Source of the DNA: Patescibacteria group bacterium
Lineage (GTDB): Bacteria; Patescibacteriota; Patescibacteriia; PEXW01
Assembly (NCBI GenBank): GCA_041738495.1
Contig: JBGSPR010000011.1
Location: forward strand, 1,495 to 65,494
Direction of reading: 5' to 3'
Length of the DNA stretch: 64,000 bases
The notes under the pieces were generated by a model that was not told where the DNA came from, did no database searches, and worked only from the letters and a program-made list of their open reading frames with translations. Made by a program: the position numbers and the translations under genes. Shown here piece after piece: positions 18,473-27,282 of the stretch. Positions within the stretch are counted from its first letter, which is position 1. Each line of letters starts with the position of its first letter.

Positions 18473-18478
18473 GGGGGC

Positions 18479-20182
18479 ATGACCCTCCGCCGTCGGGTTT
18501 GGATTACCTTCGGACTCACCGTGCTGCTCACCCTCGGAGCGGCGTACGTTGCCCTACCATCCCACCCATCGCTACCAGGTTTCCTGGGTAAGCAGTTTGA
18601 CCTACGACTAGGGCTGGACTTGCAGGGTGGTTCAGCGCTCGTGTACGAGGCGGACACGAGTCAAATTCCTACGGAAGATCACGCACAAGCCATTGAGAGC
18701 GCGCGCGACGTCATTGAGCGTCGGGTGAATGCATTTGGCGTGTCCGAACCCGTTGTGCAAACGAGCCGCGTTGGTGACCGGTGGCGGGTTATTGTGGAGC
18801 TTGCGGGTGTGAAAGATATCTCGCAGGCCATTACCCTCATAGGTGATACGCCCATTCTCGAGTTCCACGAACCTGGAGAACCCACACCACTCACGGAAGA
18901 AGAGAAGGCCGATGTGAACGCGCAGAACGAGGAAATCCGCAAGCAGGCAGAAGATGTCCTGAACCAGGTGAAGGCGAAGCCAGAATCATTCGTTGATCTC
19001 GCAAACGAGTACACTGACGATCCGAGTAACCTCGATGCTACAACGAACACCGCGCGCGGTGGCGATTTAGGTTTTGCCAAGAAGGGTACGTTCGTCGAGG
19101 AGTTTGAGAACACTCTCTTCAACACGTTGAAAGATGGGGAAGTCTCTCAGACCCTTACGAAGACTACTTTTGGCTACCACATCATTAAGCGTGAAGAATC
19201 GCGCACCCAGAATGTGAATGGCACAGACACGCAGGAGGTTCGCGGTCGCCACATTCTGTTCCAAACCGTGAGCGCAGAGCCCACTGCTGGCGCGTACACG
19301 CCCACTGGGCTATCTGGGAAGCAGCTCAAGCGTGCTGCAGTCACGTTTAACCAGTCAACTGGCGAGCCCGAAGTATCGCTCACCTTCAATGACGAAGGGT
19401 CTACGCTCTTTGCGGAAATTACCAAGCGGAACATTGGGAAGAACGTTGCAATTTTTCTAGACGGCGAGGTGATTAGTAACCCGGTTGTAAACCAGGAAAT
19501 CACCGGTGGCCAAGCAGTGATTAGTGGGGGATTCAGCCTCGCTGACGCAAAAGAACTTACGAAGCGACTCAACGCTGGCGCACTACCGGTGCCAATTTCC
19601 CTCGTGAACCAGCAGACCGTGGGCGCATCCCTTGGGTCGGCATCGATAGAACGGAGCTTGTTCGCCGGGCTGCTGGGCATTCTCGTGGTGGCAGTATTCA
19701 TGGTTGTGTTCTACCGCTTGCCAGGCCTCCTCGCGGCAATTGCGTTGGGCGCGTACACCCTCATTGTCTTGGCGATCTTCAAGCTCTGGCCGGTAACGCT
19801 CACGCTCGCTGGAATCGCTGGCTTCATACTCTCCATTGGCATTGCCTTAGATGCCAACATCCTCATCTTCGAACGAACCAAGGAGGAACTGCGGAATGGC
19901 CGTCCGCTCGATGCAGCGATTGAGGAGGGCTTCAAACGCGCGTGGCTTTCGATTCGCGATTCCAACGTCGCGAGCATCATCACCTCCCTCATCCTCATTT
20001 GGTTTGGATCGAGCCTCATCAAAGGATTTGCCATTACCCTCCTCATTGGTATCGTCGTGAGCCTCTTCTCCGCGATAACAGTTACGCGCACGCTCCTTCG
20101 GCTCGTCACAGGAGCAGGATTCGCGCGCCATCCGAAGTTATTCGGAAACGTTGCCGAACGTTCACCTCACATAGAACGCTAG
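18479..20182 (+). CDS. secD: Protein translocase subunit SecD with an inserted parvulin-type PPIase domain
   Basis: LGLDLQGG, RVNAFGVSEP, LNAGALP, DANILIFER, AWLSIRDSN. Insert contains GGDLG, FGYHII, RHIL. Confidence 0.92.
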   Translation: MTLRRRVWITFGLTVLLTLGAAYVALPSHPSLPGFLGKQFDLRLGLDLQGGSALVYEADTSQIPTEDHAQAIESARDVIERRVNAFGVSEPVVQTSRVGDRWRVIVELAGVKDISQAITLIGDTPILEFHEPGEPTPLTEEEKADVNAQNEEIRKQAEDVLNQVKAKPESFVDLANEYTDDPSNLDATTNTARGGDLGFAKKGTFVEEFENTLFNTLKDGEVSQTLTKTTFGYHIIKREESRTQNVNGTDTQEVRGRHILFQTVSAEPTAGAYTPTGLSGKQLKRAAVTFNQSTGEPEVSLTFNDEGSTLFAEITKRNIGKNVAIFLDGEVISNPVVNQEITGGQAVISGGFSLADAKELTKRLNAGALPVPISLVNQQTVGASLGSASIERSLFAGLLGILVVAVFMVVFYRLPGLLAAIALGAYTLIVLAIFKLWPVTLTLAGIAGFILSIGIALDANILIFERTKEELRNGRPLDAAIEEGFKRAWLSIRDSNVASIITSLILIWFGSSLIKGFAITLLIGIVVSLFSAITVTRTLLRLVTGAGFARHPKLFGNVAERSPHIER

Positions 20183-20184
20183 CT

Positions 20185-21078
20185 ATGTACCGCATCATTC
20201 AGAAGCGCAACTACTTGTTCGCCGCCTCCATACTCCTGCTGGTGCCAAGCGTATTTGGACTCATAGTCTGGGGACTGCGTTTGGGTATAGATTTCACTGG
20301 TGGGACGCTCATTCGCTACACGTTTAGCGGACAGCCTCCGGCGACAGCGGTTGTTGAAGAGGCAGCACGAGAAGCAGATCTGCCGAACGTGTTCGTACAG
20401 ACGGCCGGAGACACTGGTTTGACTGTTCGTACCGAACCACTCTCTAACGAACAGCGAGAGTCGTTGACGAGCTCACTCCTCACACGCGAGGCGAGCACGA
20501 TTGAAGAGAGCTTCGAATCCATAGGTCCTACCATAGGCAGCGAGCTCAAGCGCAAGGCCATTACCGCCACGGCAATTGTGCTACTCGTCATCATCATGTA
20601 CATCACCTGGGCGTTCCGCAGAGTATCGGCGGGCCCTGTACCTTCCTGGGCGTACGGCGTGAGCGCTATCATCGCGCTCGCACACGACCTCCTCATGGTA
20701 GTGGGCCTCTTTGCAATATTTGGACACTTCTTTGGCATCGAGGTTGATGCGCTCTTCGTCACTGCCCTCCTCACGGTACTCGGTTTTTCCGTGCACGATA
20801 CAATTGTCGTCTACGATCGCATTCGCGAACGACTCACCGCTGCCGCTGGGCGAACATTTGAGGAGGTTGTGAACGAGAGTTTGAATCAGACAATGGTGCG
20901 GTCAATCAATACCTCGCTCACCGCTCTGCTCATCCTCACCGCGCTGTTCATTTTTGGCGGTTCCACGATCAAGCCATTCATCCTCGCTCTGCTCATTGGC
21001 ATTGCTTCCGGAACCTACTCGTCCATCTTCATTGCTGCGCCGCTTCTCGTGATTTGGCAGCAGCGCCGCAAGGGCTGA
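20185..21078 (+). CDS. secF: Protein translocase subunit SecF
   Basis: LGIDFTGG, IGPTIG, AHD, GFSVHDTIVVYDRIRE, RSINTS, GTYSSIFIA. Start at ATG 20185. Confidence 0.94.
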   Translation: MYRIIQKRNYLFAASILLLVPSVFGLIVWGLRLGIDFTGGTLIRYTFSGQPPATAVVEEAAREADLPNVFVQTAGDTGLTVRTEPLSNEQRESLTSSLLTREASTIEESFESIGPTIGSELKRKAITATAIVLLVIIMYITWAFRRVSAGPVPSWAYGVSAIIALAHDLLMVVGLFAIFGHFFGIEVDALFVTALLTVLGFSVHDTIVVYDRIRERLTAAAGRTFEEVVNESLNQTMVRSINTSLTALLILTALFIFGGSTIKPFILALLIGIASGTYSSIFIAAPLLVIWQQRRKG

Positions 21079-21081
21079 GGC

Positions 21082-21116
21082 GCGCTTTCGTGGTTGGAAA
21101 GCGCTCTTTTATGTTT
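21082..21116 (+). terminator. Intrinsic terminator after secF
   Basis: Hairpin GCGCTTTC, 7-nt loop, GAAAGCGC, followed by tcttttatgttt. Confidence 0.7.
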
Positions 21117-21127
21117 ATCCATGAAAC

Positions 21128-21156
21128 TTGACAGAAAATCAATAAAGTGCTATATT
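21128..21156 (+). promoter_or_regulatory. Consensus, leaderless-type promoter
   Basis: TTGACA, 17 nt, TATATT (with extended TG), 8 nt, ATG 21165. Confidence 0.75.
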
Positions 21157-21164
21157 TTACCTAT

Positions 21165-22298
21165 ATGGATGATACTGACCAAAGTCCATCGAACTCCATA
21201 CTCGATCAAGTGCTCTCCAAGAAACAGCTAGACGTCATTGAGCACTTCAGCCCACTCGAGGTTATGGCACAACTCCTGAAACTCCTCACGAGCCGTGAAG
21301 AGGAGGTTTTACGTCGTCGGTACGGACTCCAGGGTAAGGCGCCAGAAACTCTGGAGCACATAGGTGCTCAGTATAACGTTACGCGCGAACGGATTCGGCA
21401 AATCGAATCTGGTGCTGTGCAGAAGTTGCGCAAGCACGGTGATGTCATGCGGATCGTCCGACCAATCGCCGACGCCGTACGCACGCTCCTGGATCAGCAC
21501 GGTGGTGTACTCCGAGAGGACGCACTCTTGCAAAATCTCATAGGCACAGATGACGATGTGCAGACGTCGCAAGCAGCAACGCTCTTCATCATCCGCAACC
21601 TCTTGCACCAGCACGTTCGACCCTACACGTCGGACGAAGCGCACCCAACGTGGCAACTCGTGACAGCGCCGACGCACCTTGTCCGCGAGGTTATGCGACT
21701 CGCACAAGATGCGCTCGCAGCAAAGGAGAAGCCCATTGCTGCTGCAGAACTCCTCACGCTACTACGCGAAACACCTTTCGTACAGGAGCACACGTACCAG
21801 CTGAGTGATGCTGCGTTGCAGTCGTACGTTGATGTGTGCAAGAAGATTGCACGAAATCCTTACGATGAGTACGGGCTCGTGCAGTGGGGGAGTATTGTAC
21901 CAAAGCGCATGAATGATAAAATTTACCTGGTCCTCAAGAAAGCAGGGAAGCCGTTACACTTCAATGAAATTACTAAGCTCATTAACGACACGCACTTTGA
22001 CCATCGTACCGCGTACCCACCTACAGTGCACAACGAGCTCATCTTGAATGATCGGTACGTTCTCGTCGGCCGAGGGATCTACGCCCTCAAAGAGTGGGGC
22101 TACCGTGCAGGGGTTGTTGCAGATATCCTCGTTGACGCACTCACCTCCGCGGGCCAGCCAATGACTCGAGACGCGCTCGTTGAAGCTGTGCTCAAGCAAC
22201 GCCTTGTGAAGCGGAACACCATTCACCTCGCGCTCACTAATCGCAAACGCTTTCAAAAAAACTCTGACGGCACGTACAGCCTCGCGCCGGCAGCCTAA
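21165..22298 (+). CDS. Sigma70 region-4 HTH plus winged-helix (RNAP delta/HARE-HTH-like) DNA-binding protein
   Basis: REEEVLRRRYGL..TLEHIG..VTRERIRQIE (sigma4); GKPLHFNEI..VHNELI..YVLVGRGIYALKEWG. No sigma region 2 visible. Confidence 0.75.
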   Translation: MDDTDQSPSNSILDQVLSKKQLDVIEHFSPLEVMAQLLKLLTSREEEVLRRRYGLQGKAPETLEHIGAQYNVTRERIRQIESGAVQKLRKHGDVMRIVRPIADAVRTLLDQHGGVLREDALLQNLIGTDDDVQTSQAATLFIIRNLLHQHVRPYTSDEAHPTWQLVTAPTHLVREVMRLAQDALAAKEKPIAAAELLTLLRETPFVQEHTYQLSDAALQSYVDVCKKIARNPYDEYGLVQWGSIVPKRMNDKIYLVLKKAGKPLHFNEITKLINDTHFDHRTAYPPTVHNELILNDRYVLVGRGIYALKEWGYRAGVVADILVDALTSAGQPMTRDALVEAVLKQRLVKRNTIHLALTNRKRFQKNSDGTYSLAPAA

Positions 22299-22306
22299 CG
22301 CACACC

Positions 22307-23842
22307 ATGGCCGTTATTGATCTTTCTGGTCTCGTTACGGACTTTCAGAGTTCGTCGGGTAACCCAGCTTCGATGTTCTGGTTCATCTTCCGCAATGGAG
22401 GGTGGCTTGGCGTTGTCATTACCTTACTCGCGGGCTTCAAGTTCTCGTGGCTAGAGTACATCCAGCGTCGGTACATTGCGAAGAACTACGATGGGAAGTA
22501 CGTGGTGCTAGCTATTGACTCACCCAAGAACACCGAGCAAACCCCGAAAGCTGCTGAGCAAATGTTCGCGCACTTTGCGGGCATATCGAAAGGTCCAATT
22601 TTTTCTGAAAAGTGGGGCTTGCCGTTTACCGAATTCTGGAGTTACGGGTTTGTCCCGCCGTCCATGTCTGTTGAAATCGCGAGTCTCGGAGGGTACGTGC
22701 AATTCTTCGTGCGATGTCTCATCGCCCAGCGAGACATCATTGAGGCTGCAGTGTACGCGCAGTACCCTGATGCTGAAATTACCGAAGTTGAAGACTACGT
22801 TGATCTCATGCCGAAACCTCGTGAACTCCCTCACGCCGAATGGGATTGCTGGTCTGCACAGATTTCTTTCCTGCGCCATTCTGCGTACCCCATTCGAACC
22901 TACCCCATGTTCGAGCACGGACTCTCTCAGAAGCTCATCGATCCTATTGCACCACTCATGGAGGTGATGAGTCGCATTAGTCCTGACGAGCAGATGTGGG
23001 TGCAGTGGGTGCTCCAGCAGGACTACCCGCCTGACGAGTGGCGAGAGAAGGGTGAGGGCATTGTCATGAAGCTCATTGGGAAAAAGGGGAAGGCTCCAGC
23101 GAACCCTTGGGATATACCCCGCAAGCTCGGGAAAGATGTATGGGAAGCGGGTACCGCTTCGCTCTTGGGGATTAACCCAGAAAATGAAAGGCAGAAGAAG
23201 GACGATCCTCCTTCCCTCATGCTCCACCTCTCTCCCGGCGAGCGTGACACGGTGACGCAGATGCAGATGAAGCTCTCCAAGGTCGCCTTCAAGTGCAAGA
23301 TGCGCTACATCTACTGGGGGAAAATAACTCCCGGACCGGATGGAAAGAAACCTTTCAATAAGGCTCGTGGTGTGAATGGGTTCCTAGGTTGGCTACGGCA
23401 ATTTGCGATTTCCGACTCGAACTTGTTCAGCGTCTACAAGCAGACGAAAACCGGCGACATCATTTGGTTCAAGAACATGCGCATGCTCGATCGTAAGCGC
23501 CGTAACTTGTACAACTTCCGTAACCGTTCTGCGTGGCGTGGGCGTAAGCCAATTTTCCTCACTGTTGAAGAAATGGCAACGCTCTTTCACTTCCCAATTA
23601 TCGACGTGAAGGCAGCGCAGGTAATGAAGACGGAAACCAAGCGCGCCGGCGCTCCAACGAGTCTCCCGGTTGAAAACCCACTACCCATCCAGAGAGTACG
23701 GGGTGTGAACCTGCAACCCCCACCAGTTGCCGAGCCGCGCGAACCAGCGCTACCCCTCGCGCCCGCCGCCCCTCCCGGTGGCCAAGCTTCGCCTGCCGCG
23801 AAAGAACCGGAAGTGCCCGTCAATCTCCCATTCGTCGAGTAG
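22307..23842 (+). CDS. Conserved membrane-anchored hypothetical protein, partner of the downstream ATPase
   Basis: 511 aa with N-terminal TM helix, SVEIAS..VQFFV, YPDAEI, YPIRTY, EEMATLFHFP, Pro-rich tail; 1 nt from the next ATG. Confidence 0.7.
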   Translation: MAVIDLSGLVTDFQSSSGNPASMFWFIFRNGGWLGVVITLLAGFKFSWLEYIQRRYIAKNYDGKYVVLAIDSPKNTEQTPKAAEQMFAHFAGISKGPIFSEKWGLPFTEFWSYGFVPPSMSVEIASLGGYVQFFVRCLIAQRDIIEAAVYAQYPDAEITEVEDYVDLMPKPRELPHAEWDCWSAQISFLRHSAYPIRTYPMFEHGLSQKLIDPIAPLMEVMSRISPDEQMWVQWVLQQDYPPDEWREKGEGIVMKLIGKKGKAPANPWDIPRKLGKDVWEAGTASLLGINPENERQKKDDPPSLMLHLSPGERDTVTQMQMKLSKVAFKCKMRYIYWGKITPGPDGKKPFNKARGVNGFLGWLRQFAISDSNLFSVYKQTKTGDIIWFKNMRMLDRKRRNLYNFRNRSAWRGRKPIFLTVEEMATLFHFPIIDVKAAQVMKTETKRAGAPTSLPVENPLPIQRVRGVNLQPPPVAEPREPALPLAPAAPPGGQASPAAKEPEVPVNLPFVE

Positions 23843-23843
23843 C

Positions 23844-25490
23844 ATGCACGACCCCACGAGTATCAACGTCTTCGCCGAAACAAACTACCGCGGACAGCAC
23901 CGGCGTTTTGGCATTAAGGTTGACGACCGACGCCGTCACATGTACTTGGTTGGGAAAACTGGTATGGGCAAGTCGACGGTTATGGAGCGCATGATCGTCA
24001 ATGACATGGTTGCTGGCCACGGTTTGGCGTTGGTTGACCCGCACGGCGACTTGGTGGAAAAAATGCTGCAGTACGTACCAGACCATCGCGTGAACGACGT
24101 CGTGTACTTCAACCCGTCGGACATCGAACACCCGATTGGGTTCAACGTGCTCGAGGCAGTTGATGCAGTGCAGCGACACCTCGTGGCGTCTGGGCTCATG
24201 GGCGTCTTCACGAAGATTTGGGAAGGGGTGTGGAGCGCGCGCATGGAGTACATTCTGAATAACACCATCCTCGCACTGCTCGAGTACCCAGGATCAACAA
24301 TGCTCGGCATCGCGCGCATGCTCGTCGATGGTCGGTACCGCACTCGCGTACTCACCAAAGTGACCGACCCAATTGTGAAGGGGTTTTGGGTGGATGAATT
24401 TGCAAATTACAACGATAAGTTTAGGAATGAGGCTGTGGCGCCTATCCAGAACAAGGTTGGTCAGTTCCTCTCCAGCGCAATCATCCGGAATATCGTTGGT
24501 CAGCCGAAGAGCACCATCGACCTGCGCGACATCATGGACTCGAAGAAAATTCTCCTCCTCAACTTAGCGAAAGGCCGTATTGGTGAGGACAACTCGCGTT
24601 TGCTCGGTGCCATGATGATTACCCGGTTGCAGCTCGCAGCCATGAGTCGTGTGGATATCCCAGAGCCAGAGCGCAGCGACTTTTTCCTCTACGTCGATGA
24701 GTTCCAGAACTTCGCGACGGTGAGCTTCGCGAACATTCTCTCCGAAGCCCGTAAGTACCGACTCAACCTCATCATCGCGCACCAGTACATCGAGCAGCTC
24801 GATGAGAAAGTAGCCCCGGCGGTGTTCGGTAACGTGGGAACCATCATGGCCTTTCGCGTTGGTGGAGCCGATGCAGAGTTTTTGGAAAAAGAGTTCTTCC
24901 CAACGTTCCTGCAAACTGATTTGGTGAATTTGCCGAAGTACGAAGTCTACCTCAAGCTCATGATCGATGGCGTTGCCTCGGAACCGTTTAGCGCCACGAC
25001 CCTCCCACCGACGGAGCTCATCCAGACCAATAATTGGGAGAAAGTAGTTGCCGTATCGCGAGAACGGTACGCACAACGACGTGCAGAAGTGGAGGAAAAA
25101 ATTCTTCGCTGGAGTGGCGTGGAAGATGTGTACCGTTCTGCGGCGCAGGAAGAGAATCTCGCAGCGCAGCAGGAGGAATCCATTTACCGTCCTGAGGGGA
25201 AGCGGCGTCGACCCCCGAAGGATTTATTCCAACGCGACAGCGTAGTGGTGGAGCCCGTCGTGAAGGGTGAGGAGCAGCCCTCGCTTCGTCTCGCTGACCT
25301 CATCCAGCAGCAACCCAGCGCGCCCACTCCTCCACGTCCCGTTACCTCACCACAGTCTCCGGTAGAGCAAAATTCACAGCAAGCGCAGCCAGCGCCCGAG
25401 CGTCCTCAGCAACAAGGGTATCGACCGCAGCGGCCAGATCGGCGACGGCCGCAACGGATGACGCCGTTCGGGAATACTGTGCGTTTCTAG
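23844..25490 (+). CDS. VirD4/TrwB/HerA-like P-loop ATPase (type IV coupling protein-like)
   Basis: RRRHMYLVGKTGMGKST (Walker A), DPHGD, LYVDEFQNF (Walker B), SEARKY, GNVGT; Q/P-rich tail. Confidence 0.85.
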   Translation: MHDPTSINVFAETNYRGQHRRFGIKVDDRRRHMYLVGKTGMGKSTVMERMIVNDMVAGHGLALVDPHGDLVEKMLQYVPDHRVNDVVYFNPSDIEHPIGFNVLEAVDAVQRHLVASGLMGVFTKIWEGVWSARMEYILNNTILALLEYPGSTMLGIARMLVDGRYRTRVLTKVTDPIVKGFWVDEFANYNDKFRNEAVAPIQNKVGQFLSSAIIRNIVGQPKSTIDLRDIMDSKKILLLNLAKGRIGEDNSRLLGAMMITRLQLAAMSRVDIPEPERSDFFLYVDEFQNFATVSFANILSEARKYRLNLIIAHQYIEQLDEKVAPAVFGNVGTIMAFRVGGADAEFLEKEFFPTFLQTDLVNLPKYEVYLKLMIDGVASEPFSATTLPPTELIQTNNWEKVVAVSRERYAQRRAEVEEKILRWSGVEDVYRSAAQEENLAAQQEESIYRPEGKRRRPPKDLFQRDSVVVEPVVKGEEQPSLRLADLIQQQPSAPTPPRPVTSPQSPVEQNSQQAQPAPERPQQQGYRPQRPDRRRPQRMTPFGNTVRF

Positions 25491-25493
25491 GTC

Positions 25494-25522
25494 TCGACGA
25501 ACCGGCCGCGCTACGCTACCGT
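25494..25522 (+). promoter_or_regulatory. Leaderless-type promoter
   Basis: TCGACG, 17 nt, TACCGT, 7 nt, ATG 25530. Confidence 0.4.
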
Positions 25523-25529
25523 AAAGGTC

Positions 25530-26288
25530 ATGCGCATTGTTTCGCTTTCCCCAAGTTCGACGGAAATTGCCTTTGCCCTCGGAGCAGGTGAAGATGTTAT
25601 TGCAGTTACGCACCTGTGCGACTATCCGCTCGCAGCACAGCGACGTGAACGCGTGGGATCCTGGATTCATACTGACGCAGAGCAACTTGCTCATTTACGT
25701 CCAGACATCATTCTCACCACGAACTACGTCCCTGAAGAACTTCGCTCGCACGACGCGCTCTCCCAGCGAGTGCTCACCCTCGAACCATCGAGTCTCGCGA
25801 GCGTTCTCGAGAGCATTCTCGAGGTGGGGTGGCACCTTGGTCGGTACACAGCTGCAGAAGAGCTCGTTGGTGAGATGCAGAAATCTCTGGAGGTGCTCCG
25901 TTCGTCGCAGCCTGCCCACCAACTGCGAGTCTACTGCGAGGAACGCCCGGATCCACCCACACGCGCAGGGTACTGGGTACCGGAACTCGTAGAACTTGCT
26001 GGTGGGATTCCGGTTGGTGGTGTGCATGCAAACCCGAGTAGTCCCGTGCAGGTCGATGCACTGCGAGCAGAGGATCCAGATCTCATGGTTTTCCACTGGT
26101 GCAATCCTGGCGAGTCGCACGACCCGCAGCAGGTAGCTCAGCGGCCTGGCTGGGAGGATTTCCGCGCAGTACGTTCGCAGGCGTTCGCTTTCATCCCGCA
26201 CGACATTCTCAACCGGCCGGGTCCCCGGCTGGTCGATGGGGCACGAGCACTGCAAGGTATCCTCCACGCACACCAGCGTAGCCGCTAG
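25530..26288 (+). CDS. BtuF-like helical-backbone (cobalamin/siderophore) binding protein without signal peptide
   Basis: MRIVSLSPSSTE..LG, CDYP, PDIIL, WVPELVELAGG, RPGPRL. Confidence 0.8.
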   Translation: MRIVSLSPSSTEIAFALGAGEDVIAVTHLCDYPLAAQRRERVGSWIHTDAEQLAHLRPDIILTTNYVPEELRSHDALSQRVLTLEPSSLASVLESILEVGWHLGRYTAAEELVGEMQKSLEVLRSSQPAHQLRVYCEERPDPPTRAGYWVPELVELAGGIPVGGVHANPSSPVQVDALRAEDPDLMVFHWCNPGESHDPQQVAQRPGWEDFRAVRSQAFAFIPHDILNRPGPRLVDGARALQGILHAHQRSR

Positions 26289-26293
26289 GAGGG

Positions 26294-26322
26294 TTGTCGT
26301 CCGCCAGGAGAGCTGCTAGCAT
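26294..26322 (+). promoter_or_regulatory. Leaderless-type promoter of the GT2 and flippase-DUF2079 operon
   Basis: TTGTCG, 17 nt, TAGCAT (with extended TG), 6 nt, ATG 26329. Confidence 0.55.
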
Positions 26323-26328
26323 CGGTGT

Positions 26329-27282
26329 ATGATGCAACGCTCGGTTTCTTTCGTTTGCCCCGCCTACAACGAGCGGGAAAGCCTCCCGGAGCTCATCACA
26401 GAGCTGCGCACACTTGCGAACCAGCACGGCTACCAGTACGAAATCATCATTGTTGATGATGGGTCTTCTGATGCAACGGCGCAGTACCTCCGACGTGAAG
26501 CGCAGGCAGACAGTCGGCTCCACCCCATTATTCTTCGAAGGAATATGGGGAAGGCAACGGCTCTGCACGTGGGCTTCCAGCGTTCGCGCGGGGATGTCGT
26601 CGTGACGCTCGATGCCGATTTGCAGAACGATCCTGGGGAAGTCCCTAAGTTGATAGCGCGCATGGATGAGAGCGGGGCAGACATTGTTACCGGGTGGAAG
26701 TTCGATCGTCCAGACACCCTAGAGAAGCGCTTGCCATCGCGGGTGTTCAACGCCGTGACGCGTACGCTCTCGGGCGTTCGATTGCACGACTTCAACTCTG
26801 GCATCAAGGTGTACACTCGAAGTGCGGCGAGAGCCCTGGATTTGTACGGCGAGCTGCACCGCTACATTCCCATCTTGGCGCACCAGCAAGGTTTCACTAC
26901 CGTCGAGGAGCAGACGCACACCCGCCAGAGGAAGTTTGGTGAAACCAAGTACAAGGGCAAGCGGTACTTCCGTGGGTTCTTCGACCTCATCACCGTTCTC
27001 TTCTTAACCAAGTACAGCCGGCGCCCCCTCCACTTCTTCGGGGGAATTGGCGCACTCCTTGGTGTTGCAGGATCACTTGCCGTTGCGTACCTGCTGGGTG
27101 TGAAGTTCATAGGTGGGGAATCCATTGGCACTCGACCACTCCTCACCTTCGGTATTTTTGCGATTCTCATTGGCTTGCAGCTCGTCGTCACGGGTCTCCT
27201 CGCTGAGCTCATCGTCCGTCACGTTGGGCAGCGCCAGCTCCCGATTCGAGACGAGTGGAATGGGAGTGGCCCCCTTGCCTAA
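26329..27282 (+). CDS. GT2 polyprenol-phosphate glycosyltransferase (ArnC/GtrB/DPM-synthase-like)
   Basis: PAYNE, VDDGSSD, RNMGK, DADLQNDP, LHDFNSG, HRYIP; two C-terminal TM helices. Confidence 0.9.
   Translation: MMQRSVSFVCPAYNERESLPELITELRTLANQHGYQYEIIIVDDGSSDATAQYLRREAQADSRLHPIILRRNMGKATALHVGFQRSRGDVVVTLDADLQNDPGEVPKLIARMDESGADIVTGWKFDRPDTLEKRLPSRVFNAVTRTLSGVRLHDFNSGIKVYTRSAARALDLYGELHRYIPILAHQQGFTTVEEQTHTRQRKFGETKYKGKRYFRGFFDLITVLFLTKYSRRPLHFFGGIGALLGVAGSLAVAYLLGVKFIGGESIGTRPLLTFGIFAILIGLQLVVTGLLAELIVRHVGQRQLPIRDEWNGSGPLA

Noticed and set aside
22307-25490. Integrative conjugative element
   Set aside because: No integrase, relaxase, VirB genes, att repeats or obvious compositional break.
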